Shown here: positions 23,114-36,797 of the stretch, piece by piece
Layout: each line of letters starts with the position of its first letter
Position numbering within the stretch: the stretch's first letter is position 1
Assembly: GCA_951406725.2 (NCBI GenBank)
Contig: OX597820.1
Span: forward strand, 61,380,001 to 61,444,000
Length of the DNA stretch: 64,000 nt
From: Octopus vulgaris
Lineage: Eukaryota
Direction: 5' to 3'
Program-made: the position numbers and the translations under genes
The notes under the pieces: model-generated
Told to the model about the DNA's origin: nothing
What the model saw: only the letters and a program-made list of their open reading frames with translations
Database searches by the model: none

Positions 23114-26100
23114 GTTTAGAGCATAGTCAGAGACACTTTGTCACATAATACGATTAGTATGTGGAAAATCCATTTGAGATACATAAATATTATTCTTCAT
23201 GATTTATTGAATATAAATATATATAACTATACATAATTTAAACATGGGTGGTCAAATGTATACATATATCTACTCTGTTCAACTCACTAAACAACTTAGT
23301 GTTTCCACATAAGAAAGAGATAGTGAAGGAATGATATTCAAGCTAATGAAATGACCTGATCATTTTCCCACAAAATTTAAACAAAATTAAAATACCTTAG
23401 GCACTAGAGCCCCAAACAGAGAAATGGTGATATGTATTAACAGATGCCACAAGTTTAATGAAAAAAGCTGACAATTTTTAATGTCCGTGACCAAAACTTT
23501 ACAAATATGTAACTGATATGCAGCTGAACAGTAAATAGCAGCAATAAATTTTCAACAGAGAGCTAACAGACAAATTTCTTGTGCAAGTGATACATGACAA
23601 AGTGTTTCTGACTACATTCTAAATTAAATTCATACCATATATATCTCTTTGTATATAAAATGTAATAGATTTATTTTCAATGATGACAAATGCATATCAG
23701 AGTCCTATAGTTTAAATGCAGTCTGTACCAAAAATCCTAATGTTTCTGTAAACTTGGCAAGCTAGCCTAATGCTTCCATCATTATTCTAATATCTAAAAA
23801 CACAATCCAGCCAGTTTCAAATGAAAATAAAGATTCTACAGCTAAATGAAACAAAAAGCACTTTTACAAATGAGGTCTTCAATTATATCATCTCATTTAA
23901 TTTAAGTGGTTAGAGCTACATTAAGTAAAAAATAGCATTTACATACAATGCTTACAAATGTAACATTATACTTTAAAATAAGATAGTTGGAGCTGACAAA
24001 TGATATATTTAACAATATTCTCCTCCCACATTCAGCATCCAATTATAACAAAATTGCCAGTATATTTGAATAGCGTTGACTTTTTTTTGCTTTATTTTTT
24101 GTTTTTTCTTATTGAAAATTCTATAATAGTGAACTTTCTAAATAGGCACAGGGGTGGGTGTGTGGTTAAGAAGCATGCTTCCAAACAACATGGTTTTGGG
24201 TTCAGTCCCACTATGTGGTACCTTGGGCAAGTATCTTCTACAATAGCCCCAAGCCAACCAAAGAATTGTGAGTGAATTTAGTAGACAAGAACTGAAAGAA
24301 ACCAATCCTATGTGTTTGTGTGCATGTGTGTGCATGCATGAGTTATTTCTTTATTGCCCACAAGGGGCTAAACATAGAGGGGACAAACAAGGACAGACAA
24401 AGAGATTAAGCCGATTACATCGACCCCAGTGCGTAACTGGTACTTATTTAATCGACCCCGAAAGGATGAAAGGCACAGTTGACCTTGGCGGAATTTGAAC
24501 TCAGAACATAATGGCAGACAAAATACCGCTAAGCATTTCACCCGGCGTGCTAACATTTCCGCCAACTCACCGCCTGTGCATGCATGTGTGCATGCGCTTG
24601 TGTCTCCTTGTCTTGACATCACACAATGTAAATAAATGTCATTCATTTCCAATTTTCTACAAAAGCATGTCTGACCATCAAGAAATATTATCTTGCTTAG
24701 AAACAGATAAGGGTTGGAGACAGGAACAGTACCAAGCTATAGGAAATCTGACTCAATAAACCCTCTCCAACCCATGCAAGCTTGGAAAAGGATATTAAAA
24801 TAATGATGATTAGAAACAATATAGCTAAAGCTGACAAATGATATATCAAAAGATGGACAGTATATTTGAATATCTTCAATTTTTTTATTGCACTATATTT
24901 TGCATTGTATATATATATATATATTTTGTGAATTCAGGCATAGGAGTGGCTATGTGGTAAGTAGCTTGCTTATCAACCACATGGTTCCACGTTCAGTCCC
25001 ACTGCGTAGCACCTTGGACAAGCGTCTTCTACTGTAGCCTCAGGTCGACCAAAGCCTTGTGAGTGGATTTGGTAACTGAAAGAAGCCCGTCGTATGTATG
25101 TATGTGTGTGTGTGTGTTTGTCCCCTCAACATCGCTTGACAACCAATGCTGGTGTGTTTACATCCCCGTAACTTAGCGGTTCAGCAAAAGAGACTGATAG
25201 AATAAGTCCTGGGGTCAATTGGGTCGACTAAAGGCGGTGCTCCAGCATGGCCACAGTCAAATGACTGAAACAAGTAAAAGAGTAAATTCTATGATATTGA
25301 ATATATTGTTTTTAACCCTTTAGGATTTAAACCAACCATATCTGGCCCAAATATTCTACCTGCCAGATCCAGCTTCTCACACCGACCCAACAATCAAAAT
25401 CAAAACATAATCAAAATCTTGAAGCTACAAGACAATGCAATGATTAATTCAAAAACAATGTAAATAAATGACCTTGGTTTCTGAAACCAAGGTGCCATGT
25501 AAAAAGAATTATTGGGGATGCTGGTATCATGTAAAAAGCAGTGGGTACTGGTGCCACATAAAAAGCACCCAGTACACTTTGTGAAATGGTTGCCATTAGG
25601 AAGGGCCCCCAGCTGTAGAAACCAAGCTGAAACAGATTATGGAACTTGGTAAGGCCCCTGGCCTTGTTACTTCCTCTCAAGTAATCCTACCCATGCAAGC
25701 ATGGAATATGGATGTTTGATGATGATAACATGGCATGAAAGCAGCTGTAAATTACTACAAAAATTAGTTTGTACCTTTACCATACAATAAAAGCTATAAA
25801 ATGCTAATTTGATGAAATAATTTGTTATAGGTACAGGGACAGCTGTATCATACAAAGGCCCATTTTGCGACCATGTGGTTTCAGGTTCAGCCCCACTGCA
25901 CAGCACCATGGGCAAGTGTCTTCTACTATAACACTTGAATGACCAATGCCTTGTGAGTGAATTCAATAGAGAGAAATTATGTGGAAGTCCATCGCATATG
26001 CATGTATGTCTACTTGTATGTGTGTGTACATGCATGTATGTGAGTGTTTGTGTATGTGTCTATATTTGTTCTTCCAACAACTTGACAGCCACTGTTGGTT

Positions 26101-28018
26101 TGTTTACATTCCTGTAAATTAGCAGTTTGACAAAAGAGACCGAGAGAATAAGTACTGGGGTCAATTTGTTCAATTAATCCCTTCAAGGTAGTACCCCCAG
26201 TATGGCTGCAGTCCAATGACTGAAAGATACAAGATAAAGATAAAATACCCTATCTACAATATATCATAAATATTCACAAGCTTTAATATAGAGGATACAT
26301 ATGGTACCAACAGCCCAGAGCATCATTTTCACATAAAACGAGCAGTTAGATAACAAAACATATCAACTTACACCACTGCTTCAAGAGATGAGATGAGACA
26401 CTGCCGCCACTACCACTACCACCACCATCATCTAGCCAGTCTGGAACATGTCTCTTTATTGTTGTTTTAGTCTCATGTACAAAACTAAACCATCTGTTTA
26501 AAATGATTTTCACAATTTTGGCATTATTTAGAACAGGGGTGGGGAAACCCCTGCAAGCCCATTTTATTGTGCCCACAGGCTGATATACTCTATGTACAAA
26601 ATATAGTAAATTTTTCAATTGTAAAATTTATACAATACTCATTTGCCTATCTGTGATATAGGTCACGTTTCCACTATGATATAAAACGGTCAGACTCAAA
26701 CAGAAATCGTCAGGTAATTGCCATTTGAATGGAAATTTTTGTTTTTACTATAAAACACATATTCTTTTCTACTCTAGGCACAAGGCCCGAAATTTTTGGG
26801 GAGGGAGCCAGTCGATTAGATCGACCCCCACCCCCCAGTATGCAACTGGTACTTAATCTATCGACTCTGAAAGGATGAAAGGTAAAGTCGACTATAAAAC
26901 ACATATTGTTAGGTTTGTACCACCCCTTGAAACCCAACAACATTCTAGATGAGAAAATTAAAAATATATTGCATGTATCAAAATAATTTTTATATGAAAC
27001 GAAAACTGAAGGGTCGTAGAAGATACTGTGTAAAAATTATTCATATCCAAGAACCCCAAGTATTTAAAATTTTCCCCCTTATTTCATTTTTCACATTTTT
27101 ATGAAAAAAAAAAATCTACGAAATTGACATTCACCCTCTTTCTGTCAATCGATAAGCAAAAAATGTTTTGAAATCTATTAAGAATCAAAAATAAATTGGT
27201 AAAACTTCATCAGGATTATAAAAAATATTCTCTTTTACTCTTTTACTTGTTTCAATCATTTAACTGCGGCCATGCTGGAGCACCACCTTTAGTCGAGCAA
27301 ATCGACCCCAGGACTTATTCTTTGTAAGCCTAGTACTTATTCTATCTGTCTCTTTTGCCGAACCACTAAGTTATGGAAATGTAAACACACCACCATCGGT
27401 TGTCAAGCGATGTTGGGGGGACAAATGCAGATACACAAACATATACACACACATACATATATATACACGACAGGCTCCTTTCAGTTTCCCTCTACCAAAT
27501 CCACTCACAAAACTTTGGTCGGCCCAAGGCTATAGTAGAAGACACTTACCCAAGATGCCACACAGTGGGACTGAGCCCGGAACCATGTGGTTGGTAAGCA
27601 AGCTACTTACCACTAAGTCACTCCTGTGCCTACGCATATTACTAACTTTTTTCTAAAAAAGCACTGAAAAATAACTTTATTCAAAAGGGGTGTCGCATTT
27701 TTGCTATCAGTTGGTATCAAGAAGGTCAACAGGAGCTACTTTCATCTGTCCGCAGCTTATCAGTTATCATCTTTCCCTACCCACTCACTTACCAACACCT
27801 GTGTGGACAAGGTGGAGAGAGAAAAATCAAGTTAAACCTTACAGAACCAAACAATATCTTAATTTTTTGCAGATTTTAAATTTTTACTGAACGCTTACAT
27901 TTATGACTACGAGTCAGTTTTTCCCAGGCAGTATTCATAACAAAAATTCCAAAAGTGATAATATAAATTTAACCTGCTTATAACTTTGTTAAATCAAATT
28001 TTCTAAATCCTTATCAAT

Positions 28019-29984
28019 ATGGCAAGTGGTTACGAAAATCCTAAAAAAGAAGTGCTGCGTGAAGTGCTTTGTTTAACCCTTTTGATACCAACCCGGCCAA
28101 AACCGCCTCTGGCTCTGTAGTACAAATGTCTTGTTTTCATTAAAATTTTCCACCAAACCTTAGTCACAATTTATGTTCCCAACACTAGCTTAATGATAAC
28201 TAAATTCTTTTATTAAATTCTTTGTTATATTTAAAATTAATTGAATGAAACACAGAGCATCTCAAAATAAATACGGTAATGAAAGGGTTAATGAAAAATG
28301 GACTGAGCTTTATTTTTTTATTGAAATAGATAACAAGTGCATTTGTCATGTTTCTTTTCTACTCTACGCACAAGGCCCAAATTTAGGGGGAGGGGCCAGT
28401 CTATAAGATTGACCCCAGTACGCAACTGGTACTTAATTTATCAAACCCGAAAGGATGAAAGGCAAAGTCGACCTCGGCAGAATTTGAATTCAGAACATAA
28501 AGACAGACGAAATACCACTAAGCATTTTGCCTGACGTGCTAACATTTCTGCCAGCTTGCCGCCTTTGCATTTGTTTTGTTTGCAAAAAACCAGTAACTAT
28601 TCATAAAAAATATAATATTGAGAGGTATTTTGTGAGTAAACATAAGACCTATGAAAATTTGAAAGAATCTGAACATTTAGACAAGTTAGCCTCCTTGAGA
28701 GAAAATCTGACTGAAAGACAGGCTTTTTTAAAAGGCTGATTCTTAAAAGTGAATCAGTAACTCGAGCTAGTTATGCAGGATGCAGAAATAGTGCTAAAAA
28801 AACTCAAACCACATAGCGATAGTGAATTCATGAAAGAATGTATCCTTACTGCTGTTGAGAATATATGCCCAGAAAAACTTATCAAGAAGAACTGATTTTG
28901 ATCGTATTAAAGATATTGCTGATGACATTCAAAGTTCTCAAAAATCAGATTCAGCAGCATTCATATCATATTCATTAGCTGTTGAAGAGATAACTAATCT
29001 GTCTAATACTGCTTGGGTGGCAATATTTATATGTGTAATAACTGCAAAATTCAACTTTTGGGAAGAATTTCTTGCCTTGAAATCAATGCATGGAACAATT
29101 AGAGGTGAAGATTTATTTCAAATGGTCACCTCAGCCTTAAAGGATTTTGAATTACCTATGAAAAACAAATGGTCTTGCTACAGATGGTGCTCCATCTATG
29201 GTAGGTCGCGAAGTTAGGTGGTTAAGTAAGGCCCAAATGCTTAAGCGATTTTATGAACTGAAGAAAGAAGTGAAAATTTTAATGGATATTAAAAGTATTC
29301 CCATTGTAGAACTCGAAGATAAAAAAGTTTTTAGGTGATTTAGCATTTTTAGTTGATATAACTAGTCATTTAAATAATTTGAACTTGAAACTGCAAAGTT
29401 CCAATCAGTTAATAACCATTTTGCTTTCACATATCAAAAGCTTTGAATCAATGCTTCATTTATTTGTCACATAAATGAAAAAATAGTGTTTCACAAATTT
29501 TCCCAAATTGAGCAAACAAAATTCCAAATCAACAAAGGAATATGCTGATGAGTGTGGAAGTCTTTTGAAGAAATTTTGAAGTAGATTTGAAGAAATACAA
29601 AATCAAACTACAAGTTGTTGAAACACCTTTTGATGTGTGTCCTGAAGAGGCCCTGGATTCCTTACAACTAGAATTAATTGATTTGCAGTCAGATGACTTA
29701 ATAAAATCGAAATATAATAATCTATTTTTATTGGACTTCTACAAATCCATCAATCCTGAAAAATTCTCTGTTTTACGTAAAAATGCCTTGAAATTTGCAT
29801 CACAATTTTCAACAGCTTATCAATGTGAGCAGTTTTTTACCAAATGAATTATTCAAAAAATTGTCTACGTACCAGACTTACTGACAAAAATCTGAGTAAT
29901 GAACTAAGAAAGCAGTTTCCCTCAAAGGCAGGTGATATTCCTAAACTTTCAAGAGAAATAAAGCAGCTTCATCCTTCTCACTAA
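28019..29984 (+). pseudogene. hAT transposase pseudogene (GTF2IRD2/SPIN-like)
   Basis: After removing insertions it reads FNEKWTELYFF..CICFVCKKPVTIHKKYNIERYFVSKH (BED-like finger), YSLAVEEITNLSNTAWVAIFI, EEFLALKSMHGTIRGEDLF, ATDGAPSMVG, EVRWLSK, LAFLVDITSHLNNLNLKLQ, ELIDLQSD and FSTAYQCEQFF (dimerisation domain). Multiple stops and frameshifts. Confidence 0.9.
28077..28287. mobile_element. piggyBac-like MITE (TTAA family 1) inserted in the hAT transposase
   Basis: TTAA at 28073-28076 and 28288-28291, with CCCTTT...AAAGGG ends. Excision restores TTT AAT GAA AAA TGG (FNEKW). Confidence 0.85.
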
Positions 29985-30987
29985 ACAAAACCAAATTTTA
30001 AAATTAAGGTTAATTAGCTTTGATGAAATTAGGATCTTGTTGGTTTGGCTGCCAGCATTTCAAAAATTAAAGTTTACTGAAATTTTTTTAATTTGGTACA
30101 GTAATACACTTGCCCAAACTGAATTGCTGTAGTTATTTCACTTTTTCCAGAAAAATGTTTTTAAATAGTTATAGAGGTTTAAAGTTTGAGCATTTTCCCC
30201 CAGTCAGGAAGCAAGATTTGAAAGTTGTCATTTTGTGCTTTGTCATCAACATCCTGAAAATAGCACATGTTGTCAATATTTATAAACAACACATGTTATG
30301 CAAATGCGATGAACAACACATTCCATGTGATAAACACATTACAATTTTTAACAGAAGGTTTAGAAGAATTAGATGAAAGTTCTATAATTTTCTTTAATTG
30401 CCAATAACTCTTTATCTTTTGATTTATAGCAAAAATGATTTTCACATCATTAATTAGCCAATAAAAGTGTATCATTACACTGACTATGAAATCAATTCAA
30501 ACAGCTGGCAGCCAAATTAACTAGATCCTAAAATTATCTCGAGGACAAATTTGTTTAAATGTCTTTTACGTATAATGCTATTTAGGTATTAATGTAATTT
30601 TTCAAAACTAAATTTGGTCTGTGCTTGATTATTACTATTTCACAAACATTAGGATAGGTACATTTTGGAAAATATAGAATACCTCATAAGTAATATATTA
30701 ACATCCTAAATTCAGTGGAGATGTTAATAAAGATGTTACGCATTAAATTAATGCGTTCAATTTACCTTTATCAATGTATATTAAACTATACATAGATATA
30801 TATACAAGATTTACACAGATATAAGAGTTAGAACTGCAGACCTTTTTGTTTGGAAACTTTTGCCTGCTGCACTAAAAAGTCTCCCCACCACTGATTTAAT
30901 CAGTTAAATACATGAAGTTTAGTTGTGTCTTAGGGATGTCATTATGCCGATGATAAACACAATACCTGGTTCTATTTCACTTCTTTG

Positions 30988-31021
<34 letters not shown>

Positions 31022-31316
31022 CCTCTGCCTTAGTGAGGGTGGAGGTATTGTTTTCAGTCGTGTTTGTTTGTTTGTCTGTGGACAAGACATCTCAAGAACC
31101 ACTGGATGGATTCAGATGAAACTTGGGGATCAATCCGGTACCAGACAAGGATTATGGATTATTTGCTATATTAACTTTACTTCACATTTGAAACAATTTG
31201 AAACCATTATTATTATTATTATTATTCGTGCTGGCATGGGTTGGACTGCTTGACAGGAGCTGGCAAGCCAGAGGACTGCACCACACTTTAGTGTTAGTTT
31301 TTGGCATGGTTTTTGC

Positions 31317-31610
31317 CATGCACAGACAAGATGTTGAACGCACTTTTGCTGAAGAACAAGAAGCCAAAGCCAAGAAGCCGAATGGACACAATACCAAATG
31401 GACACAAAGCTGAACAGATACAATAATAACAAAAAAAAACATTCCTATCTACATTGTTTAATGACCAATTCATCAATTTAGCACTTAAGATTTAACGAGA
31501 TTAAATTTTAATTTTTGTATGTCTTTTCAGCATTTTGTCCATTCAGTTTTATGCCCATTCGGCTTCTCATCCTTCAGCAAAAGTGCATTCAGCATCCCGT
31601 CCATGTACCA
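31317..31610. mobile_element. Foldback (MULE-like) MITE nested in a family D element
   Basis: Long inverted repeats GAACGCACTTTTGCTGAAG...GAAGCCGAATGG / CCATTCGGCTTC...CTTCAGCAAAAGTGCATTC. TTTTTGC is duplicated on both flanks. Confidence 0.65.
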
Positions 31611-32111
31611 TTTTTGCAGCTGGATGTACTTCCTAATGCCAAACACTTTACAGAGTGGACAGGGTACTTTTTACGTGGTACTAGCACCAGTGACTTCTCA
31701 TATGACAAGGTTAGTAGCAGCAGCAACAGCAGCAGCAGCAGCTGTCAACTAGTTACCCATGTAAACCAATTAACAAATCAATTGTTTGAATAAATTGCTG
31801 AGTCAATCTATCAATCAGTTAGATTCATCAAAATCCTTTCATCACTATTTGCAAACTCCATTAATATTCAAGATTGCTTTACTATTAATGTTAGTACAAC
31901 CTATTTCAATACCAAAACAACTGCTCTTTATATTTACAGTAACTCTACTATAGATCAACATTTCAGAAAGGTAATATTTATGCCCACTTAAATGTGACTG
32001 TTCAGTTAGAACTATACTAACAGAACAGCCATGGTATTAATCCATTAGCACCCATGATCCTCTTTTAGGACCAGAAGGATAATCCATCATATTTCGGCAA
32101 ACCCTGTATTT

Positions 32112-32334
32112 GCAGTTCTATATTTAAGAGATGAGGAATTATGTACATTATTTACATTATTTATATTTGATGGATATTTGTCCTCATCTTATTTGTTAAC
32201 ACAGAGTTTCAGCTGATATACCCTCCAGCCTTCATCCCCAAGACACCTGATGAAAGTTGGAGGGTATATCAGCCGAAACGTTGTGTTAACAACAAACAAG
32301 ATGAGGACAAATATCTGTCAAATATAAATAATGT
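32112..32334. mobile_element. Second inverted-pair insertion of the hammerhead-bearing element (both arms 5'-truncated)
   Basis: 13-bp TSD AAACCCTGTATTT at 32099-32111 and 32335-32347. Arms are reverse complements and match 17590-18090. Confidence 0.75.
32242..32287 (+). ncRNA. Minimal type I hammerhead ribozyme motif
   Basis: GACAC CUGAUGA AAGUUG-(10 nt)-CAGCC GAAA CGUU GUGUU. Core intact; helix II is weakened by substitutions. Confidence 0.65.
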
Positions 32335-32514
32335 AAACCCTGTATTTTTCTGAGATATCTTTTGTTAGTCATCAAGACTGGAGTGTCTTTCAAATATTGT
32401 AACAAACATTTTTTTAAATATATTTAGTATCAGATAAAGTTGTAAAAAAAAAACGATTTTTGGTAATAAACTAAATAAAAAAAATTGGAGCATTAATGGG
32501 TTAATATTACCTTT

Positions 32515-32885
32515 GTCACAGGATTATGGGTTAACATTGGTCAGATTTTGTATCCAACAAACTCTATTGACAAACTGAGATATGTTCTGTTAGTTGTATG
32601 ATCCGAGAGTGCCAGCTCAGATTGTTCAGCCATGTTGCTCAATTTTCTGAGTTAGACCCTGCTTACCATGTTCCCCTCACGGAGGATCCAGCATGGTTGG
32701 CGGCTCGTACTGGTCAACCACATACCACATGGCCACAGCAAATGAGGAGTTATCTCACAGAGATGGGGACTGACTGGAGCACTGCTGGATGAGTCACCCA
32801 GGAGGAGCCAGGAATATACAAACAAATGGTGAATGCATCTACCATGGACTGCAATGGCACATTTCCCCTCCACCAGATTTGACAT
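32515..32885 (+). mobile_element. RTE-clade LINE 3' fragment, decayed
   Basis: IRECQLRLFSHVAQFSELDPAYHV...GQPHTTWPQQM resembles the RTE C-terminal RLxxFGHVAR...GRPxxTW. Confidence 0.7.
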
Positions 32886-35800
32886 TCCAAAATCAATAAA
32901 GTAACTATTGGAATAGACATAATAAGTTATACCCTAGAAAACAGCACTCTATCACTGCCAAAATCTAATGACCGAAAGCAGTAAAACAATAACAGAATCA
33001 TAAAATACTATTTTATTCTTTGCATGTGTATATGTGAGTGCATGTGCAAACATGTGCTTTCCCTCCATCCAATCTTTATCATCATCCATACTGTTTAAAT
33101 GGCAATCAATTGTAATCACCACATCCCATCTATTCATTGGAGTCTGGTGACTGTAATCACTCCTGCTCTTCAAGAATCATATGAACTAAGTGAGTCATCA
33201 GAGATTTAAAGTGTCACAAAAGCTTTTTGGCATATAAGACAGATATTTTTTTTTTAATTGTTCTTTATCTTTTTAGTCAGTGACCTGACCCAATACTGTT
33301 TTCAGTTAATTTGTGAAAATAATGATATGTGTGAGAGTAAAGTTTAATCATTCTAATTTTTATGTCAAAAACACCATGACAAAATAAGTGTAAGGTGCCT
33401 CTGCATGGTATTCCGACTTGCTAGAAATAGCAGCCAAATTCCCTCAAACCACACCCTACAGTCTTGGGGAAAAGAAAGGACACATTGCATAATGAAGTTC
33501 TAAATACACAAAACAGACAGATGGTCACAGCTGGAATACATTTGATCAAAAGTCTGCTCAATAAGGGGCAAAACAACAACAACAAAACTCATTATCTATG
33601 GTGGTATTTGTAACATCAATTTTCTGAAAGTATGCTAAAAGCATTTTCCTAAATGTTTTTAGATTTCACATGTAATGGTCTAGATTCACATCACTTTTTA
33701 TTAGAGAAGAAGAGATGACAGCAATCAACAATATAAAAAGGTTAACAAATCTGTTAGTAATTATGCCATCTAAGATATTTAAAGAGTTCTTTAAGTAATT
33801 AGAGTTAACAAATCAAAGATAGATTAATTTTGACAAACTAGATGATACATTATTAGAATTACAAAACAGAAAATGGTGGGAGTGTTGAAATGAAATAAAT
33901 ATCTTGTTCGAATTTGCCATGAAAATGGGGACAGCACTGAATGTATCATATTCCAAGAGAGGGAACGAAGCTGGCAGAGAAGACAGTTTTGAAATTACTA
34001 TAATAAAATGTTTTTAACTTGGTGTCACATTTAGAAGGGGATGATGACAGGATAGGAACAGCGAATAGATTTAAAAGGGAAAATTATAAGATAGGGCTAC
34101 TAAATAAATATGAAGCTTTATATAGGTTACTAAATAAGTATGAAACACACTAAATGGGTTATGAAACAAGTGTGAATCACTAAATGGGTTATTATGGGCT
34201 ATTTTATCAGCTACATAGGAAATTAAGTTGCTTATTGCTGATGCTGTCTGAGCTTATACAGTAAGTTCAATTCCTGTCAGAATATCAAAATGAGTACATA
34301 AAAAAAAAAAGCAGTGATGAGATGGTACTGGAATTTTCAATGATCAAAAAACTAAAATAAAAAAATTAAAAGAAGTAACCATTATACACAACTATTACTA
34401 AAAGTACAGAACAGAATGAAAATTTTAAAAACTTACTATTTTGCGTGATATACTAGGTGTATGGTATAAAACAACAAATGGAGGAGATGGAGGAAGAGAT
34501 CCTACTAGGAAACAAGTTAGATTTGATAGATACAGAATGGGAGCTTACATAACAGGAAAAAACATGTCTAAAAAGATTTTTGGTAAGTGTAGACATGACT
34601 GTGTGAATAAGAGGCTCATTTTGTAATCACATGGTTTTGGGTTCAGTCCCATTGCACAGCACCCTGGGCAACTATTGTCTACCAGAGAGACCAGTGTCTT
34701 ATGAATGAATTTGGTAGACAGGAACTGTGTAGAAGGTAAGAAGGGTGGCAAGCTGGCAGAAACGTTACATTCTGAGTTCAAATTCTGCCGAGGTCAACTT
34801 TGCCTTTCACCCTTTCGGGGTCGATAAATAAAGTACCAGTTATGCACTGGGGTCGATGTAATCAACTTAATCCCTTTCTCTGTCCTTGTTTGTCACCTCT
34901 ATGTTTAGCCCCTTGTGTGGGCAATAAAGAAATAAGAAACTGTGTAGAGGCCCATCATGTGAGTGTGTGTGTGTATGAGTGCATCTGTGTGACTGTGTTT
35001 GTTGCCACCGCCACCACTACTTGACAACCAGTGTTGGTTTGTTTACATCCCCCATAACTCAGTGGTTCAGCAAAACAGACCAACAGGTTAAGCACCAGAC
35101 TTTAAAATACATACAGGGTTTGATCTATTTGAATACAAACCCCTGAAGGTAGTACGTCAGCACAGCTGCATAGCAACAGGCAATGATCTTGCATGGCTTC
35201 AGTCATGATGGCTGAAATAATTCAAATTAACTAAAGATAAAGTCTATGACACATCATTTACTGCTAACAAAAATTGAGGAATATTTCCTCGAGAAAAGTA
35301 TCAAATATTAATTTTAACTTTCCAGAAATAAACTGATTGATTGACATCACAGAGAGAGAGAGAGAAACGGAGAGACAGACAAACACACACACAGAAATAA
35401 GAACACATACAGATAGATACATTATGCATACACACATTTAAAAATGGTTTGTGGACAATTATTTACCAAAATGATTCAGAATAGTAAAGGCACAGGAGTG
35501 GCTGTGTGGTAAGAAGCTTGCTTCTTAACCACATGGTTCTGGATTCAGTCCCATTGCATGGCTCTTTGGGCAAGTGTCAGGCCAACCAAAGCCTTGTGAG
35601 TGGATTTGGTAGATGGAAACTGAAAGAAGCCTGTCATATATGTGTGTGTGTGTCTGTGTGTGTCTGTGTTTGTCCCCCCACCATCACTTGACAACCAATG
35701 TTGGTGTGTTTACATCCCCGAAACTTAGCAGTTCAGCAAAACAGACCGATAGAATAAGTACTAAGCTTACAAAGTTAAATGATTGTAACAAATAAAAGAG

Positions 35801-36437
35801 CTGAAAACTGATTCACTATAGGATTGTTCTAAATTTAGCAGTAGGATGATGGTATTTGTAAGGTTAAATGAAGTAAAAATAAAAAGAACAAAAAAATGAC
35901 AAACCAGAAATTGTTTCATTGCATGAGAAAATATTGTCTGACATCACTATAGTAATGGCACAAGGCCAGCAATTTCAGAGGAGGGGGGTAAATTGATTAC
36001 ATCGATTCAACTCCTACATATTTTATCAACCCTGAAAGAATGGAAGGCAAAGTTGACCATAGAAGAACTTAAACTCTGAATGTAAAGATGGGTGAAATGC
36101 CCCTAAGCATTTTGTCCCCAGCATGTTAATGATTCTGCCAGCTCACCCCCGCCCCCTTTTTTTTATACTAATATTAGCAGCCTCTTTCATGCTCTTGTGT
36201 TTTGGATTGGTTTAATTTCTGTTGAACTTCAAACCCCTATTGCTATATATTTGTATTTCACTAAATTGGGGCTTTAACACTGAGCCTTATCTCTAGTATG
36301 GAATTTAACATTATTAATCATTTTGCCATTGTCACAGAATAGAGGACTTCATTTTACAAATATAATCAGTGTCTGTTCCTAAAACTGTTTTATATTACTT
36401 TTTACTTTAATATTATCATCATGGTCATTATCATTGT

Positions 36438-36797
36438 TATTACCTCCGCCTTAGCGAAGGCAGAGGTATTGTTTAAGTTGCGTTTATTTGTATGTCTGTC
36501 TGTGGACAAGATATCTCAAGAACCACTGGATGGATTCAAATGAAACTTTCAGGGATGTTTGGCCTCGTGACTGACATGAACTGATTAGATTTGGGGATCA
36601 ATCCAGTACCGGACAAGGATTCGGGATTATTTTCCCAGTTTTTTTTGCTTAATTTTTGAGAGCAGTTGGGCTCCCGTTTGTGAGTGAAGTTGAATTTATT
36701 TCAGATATTCTCATTTTAAAAATCATCTCTGGCTAATCACTGAGAAGACGTTGGTGTTGCCTTGGCGAAGGTTTGCACTCTCTGAGTACTCTTGTTA
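36438..36797 (+). mobile_element. Helentron-associated non-autonomous element (HINE/DINE-like)
   Basis: subTIRs ACCTCCGCC / GGCGAAGGT, 5' hairpin, (GTTT/GTCT) microsatellite and 3' hairpin GCACTC-TCT-GAGTAC. A partial copy lies at 31018-31170. Confidence 0.65.

Larger units (their letters stand above)
26534..30893 (+). mobile_element. Decayed autonomous-type hAT (Buster/SPIN/Charlie group) transposon with nested insertions
   Basis: TIRs CAGGGGTGGGGAAAC / GTCTCCCCACCACTG. Flanks ATTTAGAA and ATTTAATC are a degenerate TSD. Encloses the transposase pseudogene. Confidence 0.7.
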
